A stretch of DNA of 64,000 nucleotides from an uncultured Gammaproteobacteria bacterium. Its GTDB lineage: Bacteria; Pseudomonadota; Gammaproteobacteria; UBA9214. A program made the translations under genes and the position numbers. The DNA lies in contig CAVYZN010000026.1 in NCBI GenBank assembly GCA_963773065.1, forward strand, positions 46,672 through 110,671. The letters are read 5' to 3'. The number at the start of each line of letters is the position of its first letter. The first letter of the stretch is position 1. A model generated the notes under the pieces. That model was given only the letters and a program-made list of their open reading frames with translations, was not told where the DNA came from and ran no database searches. Below are positions 43,147-54,726 of the stretch, piece by piece.

Positions 43147-43461
43147 TCACGCCGCCACCTCAAGCAACACTTCAGGGTGACGCTCGGCGATCTTGAGCAG
43201 GGTTTTTGCGGCGCCCGACGGCTCGCGCCGGCCCTGCTCCCACTGTTCGAGGGTGCGCTTCGAAACGCCAAGGGCTGCTGCGAACTGCGCTTGGGAGAGC
43301 CCGCTCTTCAGCCGCACGCGAACGACGTGAGATTTCGGCTCCACTTTGGTGCGTTTGCCTCCGCCCGCCTTGATCTCTCGTACGCCGTCCAGGACTTCTT
43401 GCCACACATCGCGCCCGGCCTCGAACTTGGCCAACGCCTTTCCAGTAAGCTTCTTACCCAT
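43147..43461 (-). CDS. HigA-like XRE HTH antitoxin
   Basis: GLSQAQFAAALGVSKRTLEQWEQGRREPSG. Confidence 0.88.
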   Translation of the reverse strand: MGKKLTGKALAKFEAGRDVWQEVLDGVREIKAGGGKRTKVEPKSHVVRVRLKSGLSQAQFAAALGVSKRTLEQWEQGRREPSGAAKTLLKIAERHPEVLLEVAA

Positions 43462-43768
43462 TTCGGAATACCTCTAGCAACTGCCTCAGAATAGGCGCCG
43501 GGACGGCGTCATGCTTGGCCTTGGCATAGATCGTCAACATCCAGAATTCATTCGGTTGGTACCGTACGAAATAGATGACTCTCAGCCCGCCACGTTTGCC
43601 CATACCCGGCCGCGCCCAACGTAGTTTCCGAACCCCACCCGAGCCGGGAACGACCTGTCCGGACTCTGGGTTCTGCATCATGAACTGCTGCAGTTCGGCG
43701 TACTCATCGTCGTCCAGGTATACGGGAAGAACCCGTTCGAATGCGGACGATTCAATGAACGTGAACAT
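43454..43768 (-). CDS. HigB/RelE-family toxin
   Basis: FIESS.F, PGSGGVRKLRW, GKRGGLRVIY, LTIYAK. Confidence 0.88.
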   Translation of the reverse strand: MFTFIESSAFERVLPVYLDDDEYAELQQFMMQNPESGQVVPGSGGVRKLRWARPGMGKRGGLRVIYFVRYQPNEFWMLTIYAKAKHDAVPAPILRQLLEVFRNG

Positions 43769-43778
43769 CGAAGCAACA

Positions 43779-43795
43779 ATACGCCATTGGCGTAT
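43779..43795. promoter_or_regulatory. Palindromic operator of the higBA module
   Basis: ATACGCCA-T-TGGCGTAT about 10 nt upstream of the toxin ATG. Confidence 0.6.
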
Positions 43796-43814
43796 AGTAA
43801 TCAACATCGCCTCC

Positions 43815-43894
43815 CAAGTATCTTCCGTACGCCGGCTGTAATGCCGAACCCGGTTTGCAGCACGCACTTGATCGAGAAGGCGGGGTGTGGTCAT
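43815..43894 (-). pseudogene. intI: Integron integrase N-terminal fragment
   Basis: MTTPRLLDQVRAANRVRHYSRRTEDT matches the IntI N-terminal signature; GGAGG RBS. Confidence 0.8.
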
Positions 43895-44067
43895 ATGAGC
43901 CTCCATGCTCCATTTGTTTTTTCCATTAGGCGCCCTTTCAGGAGCCCAAGTCCTTGGTTCCATTCAGGACAGCATGATGATGGAGCCCAAATGCGCTGTT
44001 TACAATGGCGCTTTTCGGCTCCCCAATTGTAGTTGAACTAAACCGCTTCGCGATAAAGCCACGCAGT

Positions 44068-44090
44068 GCCCAGAAACTTGAACGTTAGAC
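44068..44090 (+). other. Putative attI site
   Basis: GCCCAGAAACTTGAAC-GTTAGAC (GTTRRRY core) upstream of and divergent from intI, 30 nt before the cassette ATG. Confidence 0.6.
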
Positions 44091-44119
44091 CGCCATCGCC
44101 AAGTGTGGAGTGCTGACAG

Positions 44120-45159
44120 ATGTCAACCGACGCATACTTTGACACGCGCAATCTTGCCCCGCCAATGGGCGACTAGGTGGCTGCCCTGTGTCCGGTTGCG
44201 CCACGCATCTTGGGAAAGCGGATAGCCAGTGGGGTGAGATGCCTTACTGTCCGGTGCATCGCATTAGGATCCACGCGGGAACTCGGACTTTCGTCTATTA
44301 CAACGGTCCGGATGAAACCTCGAAGCGTAATGCGGCCCTGCGAAATATCTTGTTCGAACGCAACTATTTCAAAGAGCACATCCTGGGTAACTCAGCTAAA
44401 GCCGAAACACATCGGATTTGCCACGAAACCAGTGAAGATGCTCTGACCTGGAATGTGTTCTCTCGACTAGCAAGCGGCGGGTTTCTTCCAATGCTGTTAT
44501 CCACGTTCACACACTTATCGTTGAAGAACGAGCCTGAACTGTACCTGTGGGGCCTTAAAGTCCGTCTTCATGATTCGTCCGCCCCTTCATTGTTTCCTGC
44601 TCTAAAAAGCGCCCGCGGCATCTTCGAAAATGGCATCGCGAAGTTCTTGACTGAGCCGGACATCATGTTATATGTGCCAGGGCAGTTGCTCGTCCTCGTG
44701 GAGGCCAAGTTCACTTCTGGCAACACCATCGCTTCGACCAGCGCAACCCACGATGTCGCCGACGAGAAGCCGAAGTCGCGTGAGGGCATTTTAGGACGAT
44801 ACACACCCACTGCACTGCCACGCGATGCGCTGCTCGCACCGTCATCCTCGGGGCCTTTTTATTCGCAGTTATACCGCAATCTGGTGTTCGCAATCTACAT
44901 GGCGAACAAGTTAGACGTAAGGTGGGTACTAGTTAACCTTGTGTGCGAAGGGCATTTTCACCAACGACAACACAAGGTCGAATTTCAAGATCCGACGCAA
45001 TTTATTCACGCGCTCCTTCCTGAAAAGTCACGTAATCAATTTCTTTTCTACTGGGAACGGCTCTATGCCGATCATGTTGTGAAAGTGACGGAACTGAAAG
45101 ACCTTGCCGAGTACATGTACAACAAGTCTGCCAATGGAGTTAGAGCACTTGCTGTTTAG
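44120..45159 (+). CDS. Cassette gene: Cys/His-rich N-terminus plus PD-(D/E)xK nuclease-like domain, frameshift near 44160
   Basis: CPVSGC..CPVH; SEDALTWNVF, TEPDI, VEAKF, YSQLYRN; low GC. Confidence 0.65.
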
Positions 45160-45199
45160 TGGCGGGCTATCCACCCGCTCAATACGGACGCGAATAATC

Positions 45200-45278
45200 G
45201 GGGACAGATCACGGATTTCGCGGCTGTGCCAAGGAAAAGGGGGACAGACCACGTTTTTAGTCAAAACGTGATCTGTCC
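45200..45278. repeat. GGGGACAGA(T/C)CACG REP-like cluster
   Basis: Two direct copies and one inverted copy (AAAACGTGATCTGTCC). Confidence 0.65.
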
Positions 45279-45348
45279 GTACACCTAGTTTCAATAAAAA
45301 CGTCGCAAAAAGGGATTTATATATCCCCCCTTAATCCAGAATCTTCTT

Positions 45349-45549
45349 TTACCGTCCCGCCTCGATCAACTCGATGTCCTTCTTGAGTAGTTCGTTGACC
45401 AGGTCGGAGAGATCCACCCCCCGGGCCTCGGCCTTCTTGGCGAGATAATCCTCGACGTCCTCGTCGAGATACACCGGCAACTTGAAGACGGACTCGGGTT
45501 TATAGAACTTTCCGCGCTCGCCCTTGGAAAAATCATACCGTGACTTCAT
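45349..45549 (-). CDS. BrnA-like antitoxin
   Basis: YDFSKGERGKFY, VYLDEDV..YL; downstream of BrnT. Confidence 0.75.
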   Translation of the reverse strand: MKSRYDFSKGERGKFYKPESVFKLPVYLDEDVEDYLAKKAEARGVDLSDLVNELLKKDIELIEAGR

Positions 45550-45566
45550 GGCATCACCTTTAGCCG

Positions 45567-45878
45567 CTAGCGCGGCGCCTGTTCGTAGTCACGGATCTCC
45601 CGGCGGTCCGCTTCGCGTGCCGAGATGATCCGTATATGTATCTCCGTCTCATCTGTCTGTGTAAATGTGTGAATCACCACCAGGTATTGCCCGCCAGGCG
45701 TGCGCCCGAGCGTCACCCAGCGCTCTTCATCCTCGCTGTGCTCATCGTCGTAGATACTCAGCGCCAGCGGATCGCGAAACACCGCAGTGGCCGTTCGAAA
45801 CGATACACCGTGCTTTCGTAGGTTGGTCCGGGCCTTCCCCGCGTCCCACTCGAAATGATAGACGACTTTGGCGCTCAC
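45567..45878 (-). CDS. BrnT-family toxin
   Basis: FEWDAGKARTNLRKHGVSF, EERWVTLG, IRIISAR. Confidence 0.9.
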   Translation of the reverse strand: MSAKVVYHFEWDAGKARTNLRKHGVSFRTATAVFRDPLALSIYDDEHSEDEERWVTLGRTPGGQYLVVIHTFTQTDETEIHIRIISAREADRREIRDYEQAPR

Positions 45879-45956
45879 GTAGCTGTTATCCCGCCTTGCT
45901 CAGAAACGCCTCAATCGTAGCAGGAAAAGGGAAATTAAGAATCAAACGTGATCAAT

Positions 45957-46150
45957 GGGGTCATACTCGATTGATTTTGCAGCATTTGGTAAAAATTCCA
46001 GTTGAGTGTTTAACATCTTGCTGAAAAATCAATCGCACGTTCGATGGTGTCAGACTTCATTGAAACGTATGCGGGATTGAGCGAAGTCAACGGGGTCAGT
46101 CTCGATTGATCGATAGGGAGATGCAGATCCGGTCAATCGAGTCTGAACCC
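45957..46150. repeat. GGGGTCAnnCTCGATTGA REP-like cluster
   Basis: Direct copies at 45957 and 46092, inverted TCAATCGAGTCTGAACCC near 46133-46150. Confidence 0.6.
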
Positions 46151-46205
46151 ATTGATAGCTTCTTTATACCATCCTGCCATCGCTGCCGTCGTGCCTCTTT
46201 GCGGG

Positions 46206-47377
46206 CTAGAAATCGATGGTGACCTGCCCGCCAAACTGATTGGCCTTGTGCAGCTCCCGATCCCCGGAACTCTCACCCAGGCCCCGCTTGAAGGTAGCGC
46301 GCAGATACTCGAGGGTAAGACTCGCCTTTTTCAGAAACCGCCAGGAAACGGCCGCGCCCCCTCTTAGATGCGGAGCGTCTTCGACTTCATTGCTTCCTTC
46401 CAGGCGCAGGGACCACTGAAATCGTTGCGGGGGTAATAGGCCAATTCGACATTCCAGGCGCGGGCCTGTTACGGTCGGCTTCGAGTTCCGAGAAAGAACC
46501 CAGGGCGCGCACAAACTCGGCCGTGACCTCAAATGGATCGAAGCCCGCGATGACATTGGCGCTCAATCCGCCCACGCCGTTTTCGTAGCGATCATTGCTG
46601 TCCCTCAGGAATCCCTCCTTCGAGTCCGCAGATCGGACAGAGAACTGATGCCGAAGGAACCGATTTCATTTGGCGATCCCTCGAGGGCGAAGCCCCAGTC
46701 CAGGCTGTCGCCATCGGACCCGGACTTATCGGCACGCCCCTGGTAGACAAACGCCAACACATCCAGTCGATCATCGGGTCCGTAAGACAGCGTCATCCCG
46801 TCGGTCTGTGTTTCCCCGAATCCCAGTATCGGACCACTCACAAAATGGCTGTAATACACGCCGAACGGCATATACTGCCTGCCGAGGCGAGTTCGAAATG
46901 GCCGGCCTCGAAGGCGGCGTAGGCTTCGTCCAGGGTATGTTTGTTCGCCGCATCATCGTACTCGTAGAGCAACTCGCCTTTCACCCAGACCAGGGCGTCA
47001 GTTCCAGACCCGCCAGGAGCGTCTTGAAAAATCATCCCCGCTGGTATGCCCGGAAGCATCGTAGAGACTGGAGCGCTGATAGAGGTATTCAAACTCGACC
47101 AGTCCGGAGACGGCGAGCCAGTCGCTAAGCTCATATTTCAGCCCGGCATCCCGCCTTCCTGGGGCTCTTGTAGACGCGAACCTGTCTCCGGCGCCTCTTC
47201 GTGGATGACTCCCTCCTGGGCGCTCGCGCACAGGGGCGCCGCAAGCGCCGCGAGGACAGCCGTAACCCGGCGGGCGGGAATGCGCGCCAACCGTTTTGAT
47301 GGGCGCTTCCGCGGGCCGCCGCGCATGGAGGACGCGTCGAGGTATCCAGCCAGCCAGGCGCCGGCTCTGTCATTCAC
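46206..47377 (-). CDS. LbtU-like outer-membrane porin, multiply frameshifted
   Basis: Fragments VSGLVEFE, ELLYEYD..LDEA, PFGVYYSHFVSGP..FGET, VGGLSA, SLTLEYL and C-terminal QVTIDF. Confidence 0.65.
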
Positions 47378-47436
47378 GGTTTAACTTCCCCTTGCAACTC
47401 TAACCCCCGTTCATCTCCTCATCACATTTTCTAAAC

Positions 47437-47452
47437 CTTTCCAAAAGGTAAT
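47437..47452. promoter_or_regulatory. Degenerate ATTAC-N6-GTAAT-type box
   Basis: CTTTC-CAAAAG-GTAAT; shares CCAAAnGGTAATGT with 56050-56067. Confidence 0.5.
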
Positions 47453-47558
47453 GTTCAGGAAAGTTTGCTGCAATCATCTTATGTTACGTTAATGAACAAT
47501 AATGAAAGGGGTGGCACGATCGCGTCAAACAATCCACAAACAATCCAAAGGAGGAGCT

Positions 47559-48579
47559 ATGACCAAGAAACGCCTACTCGCACACTGGCGTTCGGCTTCG
47601 TGGTTGTCATGTGTGGCGCGTTCGCGGTAACGAGCGGCGCCCAGACCGGCGACACTGCACGCAGACGGCGGACACGCTGCTCGATGCATGCAAGGCGAGC
47701 GTCATGGACGATGGCGCCGTTGGGAAGGCCGTCTGCATCAACATCACCGACACGAAGGCTCGAAACACCTGCCTCGACATCACGCGAACTCCCAGGATGA
47801 GGCTAACACGCTCTGCGAGGGCCAACATGACACCCGTCTTGCTGCTTGCGGGGTGCTCGGGGAAGGTCGCTACGACCCCGATTTCAGACCGGCCCGCTTC
47901 GACAACCCCAGGCGTCCGTCGAACCGAATCCTTATTTCCCCCTCGGGGTTGGCGAGCACTGGGAATACCGCAGCGCCACGCAAGTTGACATCGTGGATGT
48001 CGGAACGAGACGAAACTGATCGCGGGCGTAACCTGTATCGTGTTCCGGGATCAGGTGTTTGAGGACGGTCTGATCCATGAGGCCACAAATGACTGGTATG
48101 TTCCGGCCAAGGACGGCAGCGTCCGGTACTTCGGCGAGGAGACCAAGGATTTCGAGACCTTCACGGGCGACAAACCGTTGAAACCGGAGACTCGTCAGCA
48201 TCGATGGCTCCTTCAAGGCCGGTCGTGACGGCGATAAGCCGGGCATCATCGCCCTGGCGTCGCCGCAGGTGGGCGATGCCTACCTCTAGCAGCTTTCGGT
48301 GGGTAACGCCGAGGACGTGACCGAAATCCTGTCCACACGTACTCCTACGGTCACGACGCGGTGCTCGACTAGGGAGGCCCCCGGGGAACTGGCGCAACGT
48401 TCTGCGCCGGCAACTGCGTCGTCACCAAGAACTACTCGCTGCTGGAGCCCGGGCTGTTCCGCGCGCAAGTATTACGCCCGCGGCGTCGGCACCATCCTCG
48501 AAGTGGAAAACACGGGAGAGGTCGTCCAGCTTGTCAATTGCAATTTCGATAATCGGTGCGCAAACCTTCCCATGCCTGA
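47559..48579 (+). CDS. Secreted 6-Cys hypothetical protein (paralog A), frameshifts and a TAG near 48287
   Basis: Cys-rich helical N-domain; TNDWYVPAKDGSVRYFGE, KPGII, GNAEDV, KYYARGVG. Confidence 0.65.
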
Positions 48580-48607
48580 AGGGCTTTCATTCTTCCTATA
48601 CACACCT

Positions 48608-51600
48608 TCACCGGGGGACACGCAGCAGCCGCAGCACGGCTGGCAGAACGACGAGAACCATGGGAAGTTGGGCGATCAGCCCGGCGATAATAGCGATGGC
48701 CAGCGGTTGCTGCATCGCCGAGCCCAGACCCAGCGCCAGCGGCAGCAGCGCGAGGATCGCGGCAACGTGGTCATCGTGATCGCCCGCATCCGGTTGACGC
48801 CGGCGGCGAAATCGCGGGTCGCTGCCTGTTCGTCGGGCAACCCGGCAAACTCCGAGTAGTAGAAGATGGCCACTTCCGTCACGATGCCGACGATCATGGT
48901 CATGCCCATGATCGAGGTGATGTTCAGCTCGGTATCCGTGAGCCACAAACCCATGAACACTGCCGCCTGCACCAGCATCGTGTAAGCAGCATGGCCACCG
49001 CGACCCGCAGGCTCTCGTAGAGGAACAGCAGCAGCAGGAACACCAGCGCGCTGGCGGCGATGATGACCACCAGCAGGCCGCGGAAGGCGATCTGCTGCTG
49101 CTCGTACAGTCCGCCCAGGCGGTAGGTGCGCCCGCCGGCATCATGCCCGGAGCTGCAGCACCGCCTGCACGTCGCGGACGGTGGAGCCCAGGTCGCGGCC
49201 GCTGATGCGGGCGGTCACCGCCACCATGCGCTTCAGGTCTTCGCGGGTGATCTCGGGTTGCCCGGTCACGGTCTGCAGCGCCGCCACACGCTTCAGCGGG
49301 AACAGGTGGCCATTGGGTGCCCGCAGCAGTAATTCATCCAGATCCGGCACCGTGGCCCGCTGGTCCTTGGCGGATCCAGACGCGCACCCCAACCAGTTTC
49401 GGGCCGCGAGGAATCTGCGTGGTGACGTTGCCCGTCAGCAGGTCGTTCAGCAGCCGGGTGATCGCGTCGGGGTCGATGCCCTCCAGGGCGGCCTTGACGC
49501 GATCCACCTTGATGTCCAGAGCGTCGCCGGCCAGGACGATGCCGCTCTTGACCTCCTCGACCCCATCGACCTTCTTGATGCCTTCGGCGACGGCCTGGGC
49601 GGTGCTTTCCAGAGTCTTGGCGATCGTCAGAGAAAAGATTCACCTCGATAGGCTGCGGGACGGCGGTGAGGTCGCCGATCAGGTCTTCCATGAGTTGGAG
49701 CGATCTCGATCTCGAGCCCCGGCACCGTGTGCTCCACGCGCCGTGCGCACGTCGTCCATGACCTCTTCGATGCGGACGGCGCGGGCAGGGGCTTGAGGCG
49801 GACGAAGAGGTCGCCGGTATTGGCTTCGGTGAGCCCGCCGCCCAACTGCAGACCGGTGCGACGGGAGTAGGTCTGCACCTCGGGCGTGTCCCGGAGGATG
49901 GCCTCGACCTGCCGCAGCAGCCGGTCGGTTTCCGTCAGCGACGTGCCGGGCGGGGCGATGTAGTCGAGGATGAAGCCGCCCTCGTCCATCACCGGCATGA
50001 AGCCGGAGCCCAGCGTTTTGATAGGCAAGATAACCCAGACCGACCAGCGGAATGATCACGAGGGCAATCAACCACGGCCGCGGCAGCAGTCGGCGCATCA
50101 GCCTGGCGTAGAGCCGGTGCGCCACCCGCGTCACCGAGCCGCCCTCCTCCTGCTCGGCATCCTTCGGCCCCAGCAGATGGGCCGCGAGGACGGGGATCGC
50201 CAGCCATGCGACGAGGAAGGAGATGACCAGGCTGACGGCCATGGTCAGCGACAGGGCCTTGAAGAACGCGCCGGTCACGCCGGTGAGAAACGCAAGCGGG
50301 TGCGAAGATGATGATGGTGGAGGCGGAAGACCCGATCAGCGGCCGGGTGAACTCGGCCGGCGGCCCGCATCACCCGGTCGCTTGCCGGCGCCGCTTCCGC
50401 TGCGCAGCCGGCGGATGATGTGCTCCACGATCACGATGGCGTCGTCGATGATCAGCCCCACGGCGGCCGCCATGCCCCCCAGCGTCATGATGTTGAAGCT
50501 CATGTGCAGCACGTAGAGCAGCAGCACCGTGGCGGCCAGCACGGCCGGCACCGCCAGCGTGGCGATCAGCGTCATCTTCCAGTTGCGCAGGAACAGCAGC
50601 AGCACCAGCGCCGCCAGCCCCACGCCGATCAGCACCGCATCGCGGACGCTGCCGGCCGAGGCGAGGATCAGGTCGCTCTGGTCATACCAGTTGGCCATGC
50701 GGATGTCCGCCGGCAGGCGATGGCGGGCCTCGTCCAGCTTGGCCTTGACCTCCCGGGCGATCTGCACGGTGTTGCCGTCGGGCTGCTGGAAGACCTGGAA
50801 GAGCACGGCGTTGCGCCCGTCGGCGGTGACGCGGGTGAAGTCGCGGGGCGGTGTCCTTGCGCACCGTGGCCACGTCCTCCAGGCGGACCACGCCGTCGGT
50901 CCCGGAGCGCAGCACGGTCTGGCTAATCTGGTCCAGGCTGGCGATCTGGGTATCGGAGATGACCAGGTAGAGCTTGCCGTGATCTTCCACCCGCCCGACG
51001 GCCGTCAGCACGTTGGCCGCCGAGATGCCCGTCGCCACGTCGCCGAGGGTCATGCCCAGCGACTGCAGCTTGGCCGGGTTCGACGACCACGCGGTACTCC
51101 TCGACGGCGCCGCCCTGGACATCGACCTTGGCGACACCGCTGACCGTCGACAGGAGCGGGCGCAGCTCATAGGAGCCAGGTCGCGCAGCTCCACCAGCGA
51201 ATGCGTAGTGGAGGTGAGGCTGTAGGCGATGACCGGGAAAACCGTCGGGTCCATCCGCTTCACTTCGAAGCCGGTGCCGGCCGGCAGCGTGGGAGTCAAC
51301 TTGGCGATCTGCGATTCGGCCTGGAGCATCGCGGCGATCATGTCCTGGCCCCAGTCGAAGTTGACCGAGATGTCGGCGCTGCCGCGGCTGGTGGTGGAAC
51401 GGACGTTACGCACGCCGGGAATGGCCCGCAGCGCCTGTTCGATGGGGTAGGTAACCTCCAGCGCCATGCGCTCGGCGGGCTGGTCCCCCGCCTCTACCTC
51501 CACCCGGATGCGCGGGAAGCCCACCTCGGGGAACAACGCCACCGGCAATCCCCAGCCGCTGACCAGCCCGCCGATCGACAGGACGGCCATCAGGAACAGG

Positions 51601-51641
51601 ATGGAGCGGACGTGGCTGTGCGTCCAGGAGAGGAAACTCAT
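48608..51641 (-). CDS. RND efflux permease (CusA/CzcA/AcrB family), multiply frameshifted
   Basis: PVALFPEV.FP, PIEQAL, FNIMTLGG.AAAVGLIIDDAIVIVE, MDEGGF, RAITMT, QPLAIAIIAGL. Confidence 0.85.
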
Positions 51642-52747
51642 CGACCCGCTTCCTCGGTCACGGCCATGCCGTTTTCCAACTCGTAGTTCCCCACGACCAC
51701 CGCGCGCTGGCCATCCTTGAGATCGTCGCCGCGCACGGCCACCATCTTGGCGTTCTGCAGCCCCAGGTCCACCGTGTGCTTGACCGCATGGTCATGCTCG
51801 ATGGTGTAAAGGGTGTAGCCCCCATCCTCGGGAAGCACCGCCTCACGCGGGACCACGAGCGAGTGTTCCGAAGCGATAGCCAGTTGCCCGCGCACATACT
51901 GATCCAGCAGCAGCCTGGCATCGGAAGGCAGGGACACGAAGGCATCGACCAGGCGGGTATCGGGATTCACCCGCTGGGTGACCAGGCGCAGTAGCCCGGT
52001 CATCGCGTCCGAGGAGCCTCGCTCGGCGGCGAACAGAGAGACCGGTTGGTCAACCTGCAAATGGGCGACATCCTCCGGCTCGATGCCCAGCTTGACCTCA
52101 ATCCGCTTGTCGGCCGCCAGTTCCACCAGCGCTCCACCGGCCGGTACGATCTGCCCCTCCTGCACGTCCACCTTGCTGACGACCCCAGCCAGGTCCGCGG
52201 TCAGGTGCGGCGGCGACGCAATCCCCCGCTTCTCCAGGTTCGCGAGCTTGATCTGCGCCGATTGAAGGTCCTGCTGCGCCTGGAACAGCTCCTGATTGGT
52301 GGCCAGGCGTTGGTCGAAACGCTGCTTGACCTGTTGGAACTGCTTGCTCGCTGCTGCGACGCCGTGTTGCGCCTCCTCCCACTGCAACTGCGTGTCCGGG
52401 CTGGCATCAGCCTCCACCAGGGCGGTGCCGGCGGACACCGGCTGCCCCGCCACCGCCGCCACATGCACCACCCGGCACTCAAAGGGCACCGAGATCACCC
52501 GCACCTCGCCGGGCTGCGAGATCACCGTGCCATAGGCGGTGAGCGTCTGGTGAATGGTCGCTTGCGTGATCGCCACGGTGCGCACGGACACCACCGGGTG
52601 ATCGGCGGCCGCGGGCTGGCTCTCGGCATCCTCCGTGGCAGGTGTTGCCCGGGATGGCAAGCCGCCGGCCTGCCTCCAGAGGTAGCCGGCACACAAAGCC
52701 ACGGGAACCGCAACGATCAGCAGGCTGTGGCCAATCCAGCGTTTCAT
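51638..52747 (-). CDS. RND periplasmic adaptor subunit
   Basis: Lipoyl halves, alpha-hairpin, VNPDTR, VVPREAV. Confidence 0.9.
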   Translation of the reverse strand: MKRWIGHSLLIVAVPVALCAGYLWRQAGGLPSRATPATEDAESQPAAADHPVVSVRTVAITQATIHQTLTAYGTVISQPGEVRVISVPFECRVVHVAAVAGQPVSAGTALVEADASPDTQLQWEEAQHGVAAASKQFQQVKQRFDQRLATNQELFQAQQDLQSAQIKLANLEKRGIASPPHLTADLAGVVSKVDVQEGQIVPAGGALVELAADKRIEVKLGIEPEDVAHLQVDQPVSLFAAERGSSDAMTGLLRLVTQRVNPDTRLVDAFVSLPSDARLLLDQYVRGQLAIASEHSLVVPREAVLPEDGGYTLYTIEHDHAVKHTVDLGLQNAKMVAVRGDDLKDGQRAVVVGNYELENGMAVTEEAGR

Positions 52748-54159
52748 GGTAAGGACTCCGTTGTCGAGGGACGGGTCGCGGGCGAGGGTAAATCATCAGG
52801 CAGGTACTGCCCGGCGGCGATCTCCAGCGCGATCCGGTTCTGCACCAACTGCTGTTTCAATTTCAGCAGGTCCAGCCGCTTCTGCGCCAGGTTGCCGATC
52901 GCCGTGTAGTAGCTGAGGACATCGGCGTTGCCCCGGTCCAGGGCATCGCGGTACGTGCCGACCAGCCGCTCCAGACTGGGAATGGCGGATTCGGCGGAGG
53001 CGATCTGCTCCGTCAACGAACGGATATCAGTCAGACTCATGGCGATCTGCGCTCTCGCCTCGAAGACTCGGTTGAGGTATTCGTCATAGAGTTTCTGGCG
53101 GGTAGCCCGCTCGGTGGCGATGCCGCCCTGGTTGCGGTCGAAGATCGGCAGGTCGATGCTGACGCCCAAGCCTGTGGTGTGGACGTTGCTGGTGTCGCTG
53201 GCGCGATTGAAACCGAGGTTGATCTTCGGGAACTGGGCCAGCACGGCGGCCCGAAGCGTCTCCTCCTGGCTCTCATATCCGCGTTTGAGCGCCTGCAGGT
53301 CAAGCCGCCGGTCCTCCATCGCTGCGACGAGTTGCTGCTCCGACGGGAGGCGCACCCGGGAGGGCAATGCCACACTCGGCTCGGGCCGCACGGCTGCGTC
53401 CGGCGGCAGGCCCAGGGAGTTGTTCAACACCAACTGCTGGTGGCGCAGATCCCGCAGCAGGCCCAGCAGAACGGCATGAGCGTCCTGGCCGGCGGTTTCC
53501 GCGGCGGCCAGGTCCACCACCGTCTTCTGATGCTGCTCCACGGCCAGCCGCAGGATCGCCAGATTCTCTGCCAAGTTGTGATCCACCCGTTCCGCCTGGG
53601 CTACCTGCGCCTGCAGTGCCACCAGGTCGAACAGCGCCGTCCTGGCGGCCTGCGCCACCTGCCATTCCTGCCAGGCCACCTCCAGATCGACGGAGGCTGC
53701 CTGCGTCGCGGCCGCCGCTTGCCTGGCCCCGTGAGTGATCAGCGAGGTGACATCCCAATTGAGCCCGACGTTGTAGCCGTTGACGGTCCCCGCATCGTTG
53801 CCGCCGGTGGGAACATCCAGCGCCGCGCTCAACTGCGGGTTGGGCAGGATGCCGGCCGTCAGCAGTTGCGCCGAGGCCAGGGCGCGGCGGTCACGCTCGG
53901 CCCGCAGCGAGGGGTTGACCAGGACCGCCAGCACCGCCGCCTCATCCGGCGACAAGCCGTTGCGGTAATCCAGGACAAGGGGCTGCAGCAGGGGATGGCG
54001 GATGTCCCGCCCACGGACTCGCAGCACATCATCGGGAGGGACCGCCAGGTCGCGGTTCACCGCCCCGGGAATGAGGGGCGCCGGCCGGTAGGACTGACAA
54101 CCCGCCACGCAGGCGAGCGACAGCAGCAGGAAGCAGGGCCATGATCTGATGACGTTCAC
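52744..54159 (-). CDS. TolC-family outer-membrane lipoprotein
   Basis: Lipobox VAGC, NPSLRA, LPNPQL, IDLPIFDRNQG. Confidence 0.9.
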   Translation of the reverse strand: MNVIRSWPCFLLLSLACVAGCQSYRPAPLIPGAVNRDLAVPPDDVLRVRGRDIRHPLLQPLVLDYRNGLSPDEAAVLAVLVNPSLRAERDRRALASAQLLTAGILPNPQLSAALDVPTGGNDAGTVNGYNVGLNWDVTSLITHGARQAAAATQAASVDLEVAWQEWQVAQAARTALFDLVALQAQVAQAERVDHNLAENLAILRLAVEQHQKTVVDLAAAETAGQDAHAVLLGLLRDLRHQQLVLNNSLGLPPDAAVRPEPSVALPSRVRLPSEQQLVAAMEDRRLDLQALKRGYESQEETLRAAVLAQFPKINLGFNRASDTSNVHTTGLGVSIDLPIFDRNQGGIATERATRQKLYDEYLNRVFEARAQIAMSLTDIRSLTEQIASAESAIPSLERLVGTYRDALDRGNADVLSYYTAIGNLAQKRLDLLKLKQQLVQNRIALEIAAGQYLPDDLPSPATRPSTTESLP

Positions 54160-54330
54160 TTGGAATGGTCAGGCCAGAGCCAGCGGCCTGCCCCGGACCT
54201 TTCTCACAATCATCCCGCTGACCTCCGGGAATGCCGTTGTGTGGCACGGCGGCATGATTTGCCGACGTAACGGCGGCTCCAATCGATCCCGCGTCAACAG
54301 GGGCAGGCTGACAAACCGGTACTTCATGGG

Positions 54331-54726
54331 TCATCCCTGTCGGTTCATTAATCCCTTGATCCGCTGGCCGGCCCAGTCACGGAACCGCCCAGCCACCGCG
54401 CGGTGCGATTCCCAACTGCCGATATAGCCGCGTCCCGGATGCCGCAGCGGACGATAGAACAGCACCTGCCGGCACAGGCCCACTTTGTGAAACTGGGCGG
54501 CGACATTGATCACCCGGTCTTCCCGGCTCTGGAGCGAGATGCAATAGACGCCATCGAGGAACGACCAGTCCAGCGCCTCGGCGTCCCCGATGGTGCCGTT
54601 GCAGTACGGACAGGACGGATCGGGTGGACAGGCGTGAAATACCGGCTCCTCGCGAACCGGTGTCCCGGGTTCCGGTTCTGCTTGTACTTGCAGGCTGTTC
54701 ATCATCATCGAGAGTAGAAGGGACAT
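54331..54726 (-). pseudogene. Glycosyltransferase family 25-like N-terminal fragment
   Basis: VYCISLQSREDR..GSWESHRAV; truncated relative to GT25. Confidence 0.5.

Noticed and set aside
43454-43963. Functional integrase-toxin fusion protein
   Set aside because: The linker is the toxin's own promoter/operator DNA; an in-frame junction has about a 1-in-3 chance of occurring.
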